Assembly (NCBI GenBank): GCA_041168925.1
Contig: JBEEJY010000010.1
Location: 12,430-76,429, forward strand
Direction of reading: 5' to 3'
Source of the DNA: Candidatus Parcubacteria bacterium
Lineage (GTDB): Bacteria > Patescibacteriota > Minisyncoccia > Phycocordibacterales > UBA2100
Length of the DNA: 64,000 bases
The notes beneath the pieces are model-generated. The model worked only from the letters and a program-made list of their open reading frames with translations, was not told the origin of the DNA and searched no databases. Below are positions 26,730 through 34,224 of this stretch, piece after piece (within the stretch, counting starts at the first letter, position 1; each line of letters starts with the position of its first letter). Made by a program: the position numbers and the translations under genes.

Positions 26730-27667
26730 ATCGCAACGCCGACCGCTTTTCGCACGGACACCATCTTCTCTTTGGCCTGCGCACTCGCCCGCTCGGCACC
26801 GTCTTTGAGAATAGCCTTCACGTCGGCATCGGAGACACTCGCCCGCTTCTCGCGCATCGGGGCGATCAGAGCCTCGATGTCCTCGGTAAGGGCTTCTTTA
26901 AGAGATTTGTAGTTCCCGCGATTCGCTTCATAGAGTCTCGAGAGTTCTTCATCGTCGCGGAAGAGTCTGTGAATCGCGTAGACGTTTTCCGGACGCTCCC
27001 CAGCCGAGTCAGTGACTATACTCATCACAGCGCTCGCGATATCGTCTTTCGCGCCAAAGAGCGGGATCGTATTGCCGTAGCTTTTGCTCATTTTCTTGCC
27101 GTCAGTCCCCGGTACTGTCGCTACGCCTTCAAGTATCTGTTCTTTTGGCTCTTTGAATGTCTCGCCAAAAGCGGCGTTGAATTTCGCGGCGGCTTCACGC
27201 GCGTACTCCACGTGTTGCCGCTGGTCGGCGCCCACGGGGACGACGTCGGTGTCGTAGAGCAGGATGTCGGCGGCCATGAGCATCGGGTAGGTAAAAAGAC
27301 CGGCATTTGCTTCCAAACCTTTCGCCACCTTGTCTTTGTACGCATGTGCCTGCTGCAAGAACGGGACGGTGACGAGACAATCGAATACCCAGGCAAGTTC
27401 GGTATGCGCAGAAACCGCCGATTGCTGAAAAAGGACCGTCTTTTTCTGATCGAGACCGACCGCCACGTAATCGCGCACGACCTCGAAAATGTTTTTGCGC
27501 AGTTCTTCCGGTTTGCGAAGCGACGTGAGCGCGTGGTAATCGGCCACCATGACCATTCCGTCGTTCCCCCGCAGAAGCTCGACGGTCTGTTTTAGGGCGC
27601 CGAAATAGTTCCCGATGTGCAGCGCGCCGGAAGGCTGCAGGCCCGTGAACAGGCGTTTTTTGGCCAT
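26726..27667 (-). CDS. trpS: tryptophanyl-tRNA synthetase
   Basis: TGLQPSGALHIGNYFGA (HIGH) and KMSKSYGN motifs, 313 aa. Confidence 0.9.
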   Translation of the reverse strand: MAKKRLFTGLQPSGALHIGNYFGALKQTVELLRGNDGMVMVADYHALTSLRKPEELRKNIFEVVRDYVAVGLDQKKTVLFQQSAVSAHTELAWVFDCLVTVPFLQQAHAYKDKVAKGLEANAGLFTYPMLMAADILLYDTDVVPVGADQRQHVEYAREAAAKFNAAFGETFKEPKEQILEGVATVPGTDGKKMSKSYGNTIPLFGAKDDIASAVMSIVTDSAGERPENVYAIHRLFRDDEELSRLYEANRGNYKSLKEALTEDIEALIAPMREKRASVSDADVKAILKDGAERASAQAKEKMVSVRKAVGVAI

Positions 27668-27768
27668 ATTCGGTGATTATAGCAAGTAAATTGCGTCTTC
27701 ACTATAAACAATCCAGCGTCCCGCAGGTCAAGGCATGCTAGCCATAAGCGGCAGACTCCGACAAAGGA

Positions 27769-28089
27769 CTACAATTTGAATACTTTGCGCAATATCAGAT
27801 CGACTCGGGCACATACGGCTTTTTCGGCCATGCCTAGCTCACCGAGCACTATCAGCTTTTGCAGTGTCGCGACCTTGTCCACCTTTATCACGGAATCGAC
27901 TTTGAGACCGTTCGCTTTCGTCGCACGAATTGGGACATCGAATGGCCCTCTCTTTGTGCTGATGGACGACACGAACGCGACGATGCAATCCTCTCCCCTC
28001 GAGACATACAACACGAGAGCGGGCCGTACTTTTTGCCCTGACAGGTCGGTAAACGGGAACGGCACAAGGACAAGCCGCCCTTTACCCAT
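27769..28089 (-). CDS. MazF/PemK-family toxin (mRNA interferase)
   Basis: RLVLVPFPFTDLSGQKVRPALVL is the PemK/MazF signature. Overlaps the upstream antitoxin by about 8 nt. Confidence 0.8.
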   Translation of the reverse strand: MGKGRLVLVPFPFTDLSGQKVRPALVLYVSRGEDCIVAFVSSISTKRGPFDVPIRATKANGLKVDSVIKVDKVATLQKLIVLGELGMAEKAVCARVDLILRKVFKL

Positions 28090-28333
28090 AGCGCTTCTTC
28101 AAGTCCGAAACGGAATACAGTTCAGGCTCTCGAGAGAGAAAATCGAACGAACGTGAATACGCGTTGACGTTGGTGATGTCGTTCAGTGAATCGTTGTAAC
28201 TCTGCGGGAAGCCGATGAGCACTGCATCGATATCGCGACGTCTTCCTATCCCAAAGACTTCGCCGCGGTATCGCGCGCGGTTCACGATCTCTTTGATGTA
28301 TTTCCGAGCATTGGTGGTTGAAAGTACTTTCAT
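28082..28333 (-). CDS. Phd/YefM-type antitoxin
   Basis: MKVLSTTNARKYIKEIVNRA...GEVFGIGRRRDIDAVLI matches the Phd/YefM family. The track ORF starts at an upstream TTG; the ATG at about 28333 is preferred. Confidence 0.6.
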   Translation of the reverse strand: MKVLSTTNARKYIKEIVNRARYRGEVFGIGRRRDIDAVLIGFPQSYNDSLNDITNVNAYSRSFDFLSREPELYSVSDLKKRYG

Positions 28334-28367
28334 GTACACAGTGTACAAACCCGGCTTATGGTGTCAA
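28334..28367 (-). promoter_or_regulatory. promoter TTGACA-N16-TACACT-N6-ATG with a 13-bp perfect palindrome GTACACAGTGTAC overlapping the -10 and the start (autoregulatory operator candidate; leaderless)
   Basis: Seen on the minus strand immediately upstream of the Phd/YefM ATG; the -35 overlaps the hisK-like gene stop. Confidence 0.5.
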
Positions 28368-29182
28368 GTTGCGGGAAGCTCGACGATGAATTTCGCGCCC
28401 TTGCCTTGCCCATCGGACTCCGCACGGATCGTGCCGTTGTGATTTTCCACCACCTGCTTCGCGATAAATAGCCCGTACCCGGTCGAATGAACGTTGACCT
28501 TGATCGAATCCTTGCCGTGCCCGCCTTCGGTAAAAAGGCGTGCCATGTCTTCTTCGGTAATACCGACTCCTGTGTCCTCCACGCGAAAAACGATAGTCTT
28601 TTCTCTTCGCGACAGTTCGACTTTTATCGAGCCGCTCGGCGTATACTTAATGGCATTGTCTATCAGATTGCGGAGGACATGCTCGCGTATTTTTTCCGCA
28701 TCGCCTTCCAGCTGGTAGTCTCCATCTTCTATATTCACGTCGAAGCCGAGCCGTTTATCATAAGCAGCAGGCCGCAGCTCGTTGATTTCATTCAAAAGCG
28801 CCGCCTTGAGGTCGAATCGCGCTTTTTTGAACGTCACCGTCCCCTTCTTCAAATTCGACGCGTCCAGGATGTCCATTACCGTCGCCACGCCTTTGCGCAT
28901 CTCCGCGAGCGCCTCGACCGCGAGCCGCTTCACGCCGTCGGGGATCGCGCCGACGTCTCCTTCCGCAATTTCGGAGAACGCCGCCTCACCTTTCGTCAGG
29001 TAACCTTTGATCTCGTGGCTGATGAAGTGCAGCAGATTTTCCTGCTGCGCGTTCGCAATCTCGAGCTCTTGTTTGAGTCGGGCGAGTTCGAGCGAGTGCT
29101 TGTAGACTATCTCGTTGGCGGCCTTCAGCTCCGCCTCATAATCCTCGTGCGTCTTATCGGCTTGCCCGCCGGCATCGGCCAT
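28364..29182 (-). CDS. cytoplasmic sensor histidine kinase (HisKA + HATPase_c, no TM or sensor domain)
   Basis: H-box FISHEIKGYL, N-box NLIDNAIKYT, G-boxes DTGVGI and GYGLFIAK. No cognate response regulator in the window. Confidence 0.8.
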   Translation of the reverse strand: MADAGGQADKTHEDYEAELKAANEIVYKHSLELARLKQELEIANAQQENLLHFISHEIKGYLTKGEAAFSEIAEGDVGAIPDGVKRLAVEALAEMRKGVATVMDILDASNLKKGTVTFKKARFDLKAALLNEINELRPAAYDKRLGFDVNIEDGDYQLEGDAEKIREHVLRNLIDNAIKYTPSGSIKVELSRREKTIVFRVEDTGVGITEEDMARLFTEGGHGKDSIKVNVHSTGYGLFIAKQVVENHNGTIRAESDGQGKGAKFIVELPAT

Positions 29183-29191
29183 ACGGGATAT

Positions 29192-29443
29192 TTATGCTTT
29201 TAGAGCAATGCCGGCTTTCTGCGCGATCTGCTTGATCCACCGTTCGTGTCTGCTAATCTGCCCACTTATCGCAGCATACCCCAACAGCAGTTTGTCAACG
29301 GTACTGGCGAGTTTATCGAACCCTAGCATGAGGTCATGAATTGACTTCTTGATCTCGACAAGTTCTTCTCGAACTATTTTTCTGACACCTTCCTTCGTCG
29401 GAAAGAGGTGCATCAACTTATCGATGTCTTTATTCGTCAGCAT
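29192..29443 (-). CDS. hypothetical small protein (83 aa), immediately upstream of the histidine kinase
   Basis: ORF preceded by GGTATACTGGCGGC-ATG (the same promoter-like block as the RelE antitoxin). No recognisable domain. Confidence 0.4.
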   Translation of the reverse strand: MLTNKDIDKLMHLFPTKEGVRKIVREELVEIKKSIHDLMLGFDKLASTVDKLLLGYAAISGQISRHERWIKQIAQKAGIALKA

Positions 29444-29586
29444 GCCGCCAGTATACCATTTCCCTATACCGCGCGCAGGCTTGAAGGAATCTCGGCGGGA
29501 GAAAGACCCGCGAGAAACGGTGCCGCCGCCTCCCTGCAGACCTCGTGCGAAGCTCGGCCGAACAGCCGCTCATACTGCGCGACGCA
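29441..29586. repeat. about 145-bp direct repeat, copy 1 (49 bp identical, then about 75% identical); contains a 48-aa ORF whose C-terminal 38 aa mimic the C-terminus of the 30124..31281 membrane protein
   Basis: Copy 2 at 30101..30246. In the shared coding frame the divergent part has about 15 synonymous versus 5 conservative non-synonymous differences. Confidence 0.7.
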
Positions 29587-29591
29587 GCGTA

Positions 29592-29879
29592 CTAGTGATC
29601 TTCTGACCATGGCCCTCGCCGTTCATCGCGGATGTGCAGTATCTGAACTTCCGTACGGTCAACCTGATAGTAGACGTGGTAAGGATACGGGGCGATATGA
29701 AGTTCGTGCACTCCTTTTTCTTCCGTTTGAGGCGCTACTAGAGGAAATTCCGAAAGCAACGCGATGCGGTGTTCGATGGTTTTTTTCACTCCACGAGCCG
29801 CCTGCGGCGCAGGCTGATCTATGTAACGATAGATCGCCTCAAGATCACGCCGCGCCCGCGGCGTGTATCGCACTCTCAT
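29592..29879 (-). CDS. RelE/ParE-family toxin
   Basis: ...YHVYYQVDRTEVQILHIRDERRGP matches the RelE/ParE fold signature. 4-nt overlap with the upstream antitoxin. Confidence 0.8.
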   Translation of the reverse strand: MRVRYTPRARRDLEAIYRYIDQPAPQAARGVKKTIEHRIALLSEFPLVAPQTEEKGVHELHIAPYPYHVYYQVDRTEVQILHIRDERRGPWSEDH

Positions 29880-30103
29880 ACTCCATGGCGTTTGAAGAAA
29901 GCATTCATGCTTTTATCACTTACAAATTGACCGCGCCTCGCTTGCGCCAATCCCTCGCGTATTGCTGCACGAGTCTCGGCGTCGAGAGGTATCGGGGCTT
30001 TTTGCCTCGATGCTATCGAAAAGAGTATCGCCGCTGCCTCGTTTTGGTCGTCCGCTGATAATCTCTTAGCCCTAGCGATTGCCCGCTCTAATAGCTTGGT
30101 CAT
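29876..30103 (-). CDS. antitoxin of the RelE/ParE module (ParD/addiction-module-component-like, 75 aa)
   Basis: Small alpha-helical protein (MTKLLERAIARAKRLSADDQNEAAAILFSI...) whose stop overlaps the toxin start. Confidence 0.6.
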   Translation of the reverse strand: MTKLLERAIARAKRLSADDQNEAAAILFSIASRQKAPIPLDAETRAAIREGLAQARRGQFVSDKSMNAFFKRHGV

Positions 30104-30246
30104 GCCGCCAGTATACCATTTCCCTATACCGCGCGCAGGCTTGAAGGAACTTCATCAGGAGAAAGGCTTGCGATGAGAGGTGCCGCGGCTTCTCTGCACA
30201 CCTCATGCGAGGCTCGGCCGAAGAGCCGCTCGTATTGCGCAACGAG
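30101..30246. repeat. about 145-bp direct repeat, copy 2 (covers the last about 40 codons and stop of the 30124..31281 gene plus the antitoxin promoter and start)
   Basis: See copy 1. Confidence 0.7.
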
Positions 30247-31281
30247 CTTGTCGAGAGCCGCCTTCGGGTCATCTGCTTGTATGACCGCAGCTTTCTGTTG
30301 CATGTTGATCGACATACCAGGCACTTTTCCTGCTTCGCTCCACGCCAGAGGGCCGATGACGAGAGATTGCTCAGTGATTATTTTAGATGCGAGTTGGTTA
30401 AAAATAGCCGAAGCCACGCTAAGAACGCCGGAAGTCTTCACTTCAGGGTAAGAGGTTTTTATTGCATTGAACGTGATCGAGAGCTGGACGAGGCTCGCCG
30501 CCATGAAGACGTACGCGAGCATGTAGAAGGTATCTGTAATGCCACCAACGACGAACGTGCCCTGATTGGCCTGATAGAGGAAGGTGAAGTCGGAAATGTA
30601 TTGCATAACGAGAGCCACGATGAATCCCATCATCGGAAAACGCATGATGCCTCCGAGGGTGCGCCAGGTCAGCAATAGCGCGAGGATGGCTGCGGAGATG
30701 TAGAGCGCATCGCCGAGCGGATATCCGAGATCAAGAAATATCTTAAGCGGCTGCGACCAATCGAATTGGTACCCGCGCAAGAATACGAAGAACGAGAGCA
30801 AGAGCATGAAGAGCGGCACCACCAAGCCCTGCGTAATGTTCTCCAGAGAGCGCAGTGCGTTGCGGGCGCCGCCAGCTTTCGCCAAAAGCAGCGCCCCGTA
30901 GACGTAGAGCGGGATGGTCGAGAAAAATCCGAGGTCGGCTATCGAAGGATAGGGTAGCTCGCCACCGGTAATAGTGTAGTAACTCGATATGCATTGTCCG
31001 AAGAGTTCGCCGCACAATCCGAGTGCAAAGGCAATGCTGGCGCGACCGATGACACTATTCCACCCGCCCCACAAGCGGCTATAGAAAAGTCCGCACACAA
31101 CACCAACAAGTGCAAGCATCTGGTAGGAAGCGCCCCATATCTCGATGTCAAGGTCGAGATTAGGGAAGTTCGCGGAGAAGAAAAGGAGTACGAGCCGCCA
31201 CGCAACGACTACGGCGAAGAGACCAACGAGAAGAAGGCCTGCCGTGCTCTTCAGAAATTGCCCTACGGTCGAGTCGAACAT
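30124..31281 (-). CDS. polytopic membrane protein of unknown function (385 aa, about 8-9 TM)
   Basis: Many hydrophobic helices. The C-terminal soluble tail (...VAQYERLFGRASHEVCREAAAPLIASLSPDEVPSSLRAV) is the sequence duplicated in the repeat. Confidence 0.6.
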   Translation of the reverse strand: MFDSTVGQFLKSTAGLLLVGLFAVVVAWRLVLLFFSANFPNLDLDIEIWGASYQMLALVGVVCGLFYSRLWGGWNSVIGRASIAFALGLCGELFGQCISSYYTITGGELPYPSIADLGFFSTIPLYVYGALLLAKAGGARNALRSLENITQGLVVPLFMLLLSFFVFLRGYQFDWSQPLKIFLDLGYPLGDALYISAAILALLLTWRTLGGIMRFPMMGFIVALVMQYISDFTFLYQANQGTFVVGGITDTFYMLAYVFMAASLVQLSITFNAIKTSYPEVKTSGVLSVASAIFNQLASKIITEQSLVIGPLAWSEAGKVPGMSINMQQKAAVIQADDPKAALDKLVAQYERLFGRASHEVCREAAAPLIASLSPDEVPSSLRAV

Positions 31282-31343
31282 ACTCTTGTCAGTGCATTAT
31301 GGTGCGTCTCTCCGGAGGGTCAAGCACAGGGAGCGCACAAGGA

Positions 31344-32201
31344 TCACTTTACGTGGACTTGAAAATTCTGGTATCCGTGTCCAAATTTGTAGCGTACTCG
31401 AACCTCGATCTCCTCCCCCTTCGAGACCTTGCGCTCCGGCAACGGGATAGCGACAGGCGCGTTGACGGATATGGTGCTTTCAAGAAAACGTTCGCTGCCT
31501 ACCGCAGCGCGGCTCGAGAGCCAAAGCGCGTTCATGACCCCGCCCTGTACTACCTTGAGGCGGATCGCGCGGTCGAAGAGCTCCTCGTTGTTCTTATTGA
31601 AATGAATGTGATTGAGCGACACCGTCTCGGTAAGTTCAGCGACCTTGATGTTCTTAAATATCTTCCAGACGTGCAGTATCATTTTCATATGCAATCCGAA
31701 AAGATTGAAGTCCGCGTTCACGAGTGAAATAGATGTCTCTTGGCTTCCCGGTAGAAAAACAGTGTCGGCGCGAACGGCTCCTTGAGCGAGTAGATTATTG
31801 GCAGCTTGCACCTGCATTTCATCCACCATGCCAGAGCTCAACATCTCCATCGTGACAATGTCGAATCTCATCGAAGGATCGAACCGATGCGTGCGTGCGT
31901 CGCCTACAAGCAATTCTATCTTGTCTTCGAAACCATTGTTCTTGAAATTTTCTTTCGCGATGCCCGCGACGAAAGGGTCGAACTCAAGCGCCACGACCTT
32001 TTTGGCACCTGCGCGCGCCGCAAGCAAGGCCAGAATGCCTGAACCGGTGCCGACATCAAGTACAGTGTGTTCCGGGCGCACGACATCGCGTATCGCGGTC
32101 TCGAACACCTCTGCTTTCTCCGGGTCAAAGAGACATTGACCGACGAAGTCGATGGAACTGAAGGCCTTGTCTTCCATCGGCAACATGCCATCGTTCTTCA
32201 T
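31344..32201 (-). CDS. class I SAM-dependent methyltransferase, PRMT-like (protein arginine N-methyltransferase-type)
   Basis: Motif I VLDVGTGSGILALLAARAGAKKVVALE, a post-I acidic residue, a double-E-loop-like DIVTMEMLSSGMVDE, and a C-terminal beta-barrel-like region. Confidence 0.65.
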   Translation of the reverse strand: MKNDGMLPMEDKAFSSIDFVGQCLFDPEKAEVFETAIRDVVRPEHTVLDVGTGSGILALLAARAGAKKVVALEFDPFVAGIAKENFKNNGFEDKIELLVGDARTHRFDPSMRFDIVTMEMLSSGMVDEMQVQAANNLLAQGAVRADTVFLPGSQETSISLVNADFNLFGLHMKMILHVWKIFKNIKVAELTETVSLNHIHFNKNNEELFDRAIRLKVVQGGVMNALWLSSRAAVGSERFLESTISVNAPVAIPLPERKVSKGEEIEVRVRYKFGHGYQNFQVHVK

Positions 32202-32216
32202 ACTGAAAAGTATAAC

Positions 32217-33125
32217 TCACGAGAGGCTCACTTTATATTTTTTCAAGAACTCCATCGGCCGGTACGCTAATTTTGAGCGGCGCAGGCCCTCCACGCCGAG
32301 ATCCTGCTCAAAATTGATGTAGACGACACCCAACACCTCAAGATGCTTTGATTTCTCTTGTATAAGAAAATCGTATATGCCCTTGTACCGTACGTCGCCC
32401 TTTTGAAAGTGGCTAATACCGTATTGGTCTTGAAGTACCTCATCGATACTGAAAGCCCGAACAGCATTCCCTTCGAATACTGCAGTCACCACGAGCTTGT
32501 GCGTACCGGCGGTCTCGAAAAGCCGCCCGACCGCAGCTTCTTCATGTGCAAGTTCGTACGTTTTGTTCGCACCGATCTTATTGCTTTCCCAGGTACGAAT
32601 GACCCCGACGAGGCTGTGCTGCACCCCCCTGTCGGCGAGATCTGCAACCTCAGCGCGAGCGCTTGGATACTCGCGCGTGAAAGTATTCACGAAATTGCGG
32701 CTCCTCTTGAAATCTCCACCGAGGAATCTCGCATGCTCCGAGACTTTATAGAGATAATCAAAGTTGTCGCGGTCTTCTTCGACACGCAGCACGGAAGAGC
32801 GTATATCTTTAATCGAAATTTCGGGCATCAATTTCAACGTCGTCGGAAAACGCTCCGTCTTGCAGTAGTCGATGAGGACTCGCGCGGTACGCTCTGTTTC
32901 AACTTCGCCCAAGAACGAAAGGAACGTTTCGCCCGTGCTGTAATCCGTAAATCGCACGACCAAGTTGTGGTTGAGCTCGGAAATCATCCGTTTGCCGCTC
33001 GTATCCCATGCCCAGAGCGAGGTGAAATTGAAGTCGGAATACGGCGGATAGCGGTGCGTATGCACTTCGACCGACTCGCGGTCGGACACATCGACGACCT
33101 TGAACTCGGGAAATTGCGGTATCAT
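32217..33125 (-). CDS. DUF2156/LPG_synthase_C-like protein (homolog of the C-terminal aminoacyl-transferase domain of MprF-type aminoacyl-phosphatidylglycerol synthases)
   Basis: Start at MIPQFPEF; the track ORF's N-terminal 154 aa are Arg-rich and overlap the upstream gene. YPPYSDFNFTSLWAWD and the later KGIYDF motifs are typical of the family. Confidence 0.6.
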   Translation of the reverse strand: MIPQFPEFKVVDVSDRESVEVHTHRYPPYSDFNFTSLWAWDTSGKRMISELNHNLVVRFTDYSTGETFLSFLGEVETERTARVLIDYCKTERFPTTLKLMPEISIKDIRSSVLRVEEDRDNFDYLYKVSEHARFLGGDFKRSRNFVNTFTREYPSARAEVADLADRGVQHSLVGVIRTWESNKIGANKTYELAHEEAAVGRLFETAGTHKLVVTAVFEGNAVRAFSIDEVLQDQYGISHFQKGDVRYKGIYDFLIQEKSKHLEVLGVVYINFEQDLGVEGLRRSKLAYRPMEFLKKYKVSLS

Positions 33126-33697
33126 GCGCGCTTGCCGCGGACAATGAAATACGCGATGGCGGTATTCGCAATGAAAAGATACAAAGGATACAACGCTACA
33201 GCGAAGACCCATTGATCTATCGCGAAAACGTTGAGCAGACTTGCCGAAGCGGCGAAAAACCACGCGCTTTTGCTCTCGGTCGAAGGGCGCTGATACGATT
33301 TGTATATCGTCGGAAGAAGCGCAATGAAATCGACGGCGATGTTCATGTATAGAGCAAGAATCGGCGAGTTGAAAAACCACCACACGAGCCCTGCAAGCAA
33401 TGCTCCTAAAACCGATACACGATCGAGCAAACTCAGCGTGACGGGACCATCGCCGTACTTGATGGAGAGCACACCGGTGATGACGAAGCACAGCGTGTAA
33501 ACGAGCGGGAGCCACATCGTGGCTCGAGCACCCGACGCGTAATAGCTCGCGGTAAGCATGCCGGTCACTACGGCGAGTATCCACCACGTGACTCTATCCG
33601 GCTTCGTGTTACGATTGAGAATGCTTACGATGTATACTGCACAAGACGCGAACTCGAGTAATCCGGCAGCTATCCCAAAAAAAGCTTGAAGGGTCAC
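33122..33697 (-). CDS. small polytopic membrane protein (about 191 aa) co-transcribed with the DUF2156-like gene
   Basis: GTG start (VTLQAFFGIAAG...) overlapping the upstream speH stop by 4 nt; its stop overlaps the downstream start by 4 nt. About 5-6 TM helices. Confidence 0.45.
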   Translation of the reverse strand: MTLQAFFGIAAGLLEFASCAVYIVSILNRNTKPDRVTWWILAVVTGMLTASYYASGARATMWLPLVYTLCFVITGVLSIKYGDGPVTLSLLDRVSVLGALLAGLVWWFFNSPILALYMNIAVDFIALLPTIYKSYQRPSTESKSAWFFAASASLLNVFAIDQWVFAVALYPLYLFIANTAIAYFIVRGKRA

Positions 33698-34086
33698 ACG
33701 ATATTGCGCTCGGGATATTTGAGGCCGCGTTCGACGAGTGTCATTTCGACGTCGTCGAGTTTGAATTTCTTTTTTAAGAAATCGACAAAAAAATTCGCGT
33801 CGATGCCGTTCTTGCAGGTGTAGATGTCGGCCGTTAGGAATTTGCGCTTCGGGAAGGTGTGGATGCTTATGTGGCTTTCGGCGATGACGACGAAGCCGCT
33901 CCAGCCGCCGGGGTCCTTCATGTGGTTGTCCGGCGCGCGGTAGACCTGCGGCTTCCCGAGCCGGTACATTTTCATTAGGTCGCACAACTCGTCGAGGCAG
34001 CCGCGAACCAACTTCCTGTCATCGAGTAATACAGGACTTCCTCCGTAGCCGTCCACCATCACATGCTCACCGAAATGCATTGCCAT
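33694..34086 (-). CDS. speH: S-adenosylmethionine decarboxylase proenzyme (pyruvoyl-dependent, SpeH/class 1)
   Basis: Self-cleavage motif VVIAESHISIHTFPK (ES|H), about 130 aa. Start at MAMHFGEH assumed. Confidence 0.75.
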   Translation of the reverse strand: MAMHFGEHVMVDGYGGSPVLLDDRKLVRGCLDELCDLMKMYRLGKPQVYRAPDNHMKDPGGWSGFVVIAESHISIHTFPKRKFLTADIYTCKNGIDANFFVDFLKKKFKLDDVEMTLVERGLKYPERNIV

Positions 34087-34224
34087 AGTTGACATATCTG
34101 TATCACGCATTGGATAGTATGTCCATTCGGTTGTCCCCATCGAGATTGACAAGATGCTGCGTGGATTGTACTTTGATAGTGGTCAATAGGCCACGAAATT
34201 CAACGCGAGAGAAAGGAAAGCGCG

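Noticed and set aside
27700-28400. Possible short inverted repeat (CCATAAGCGGC / CCATAAGCCGG) flanking the MazF/Phd cassette
   Set aside because: Only about 11 bp with mismatches. Cannot be distinguished from chance, unlike the long repeats flanking the other two TA cassettes.
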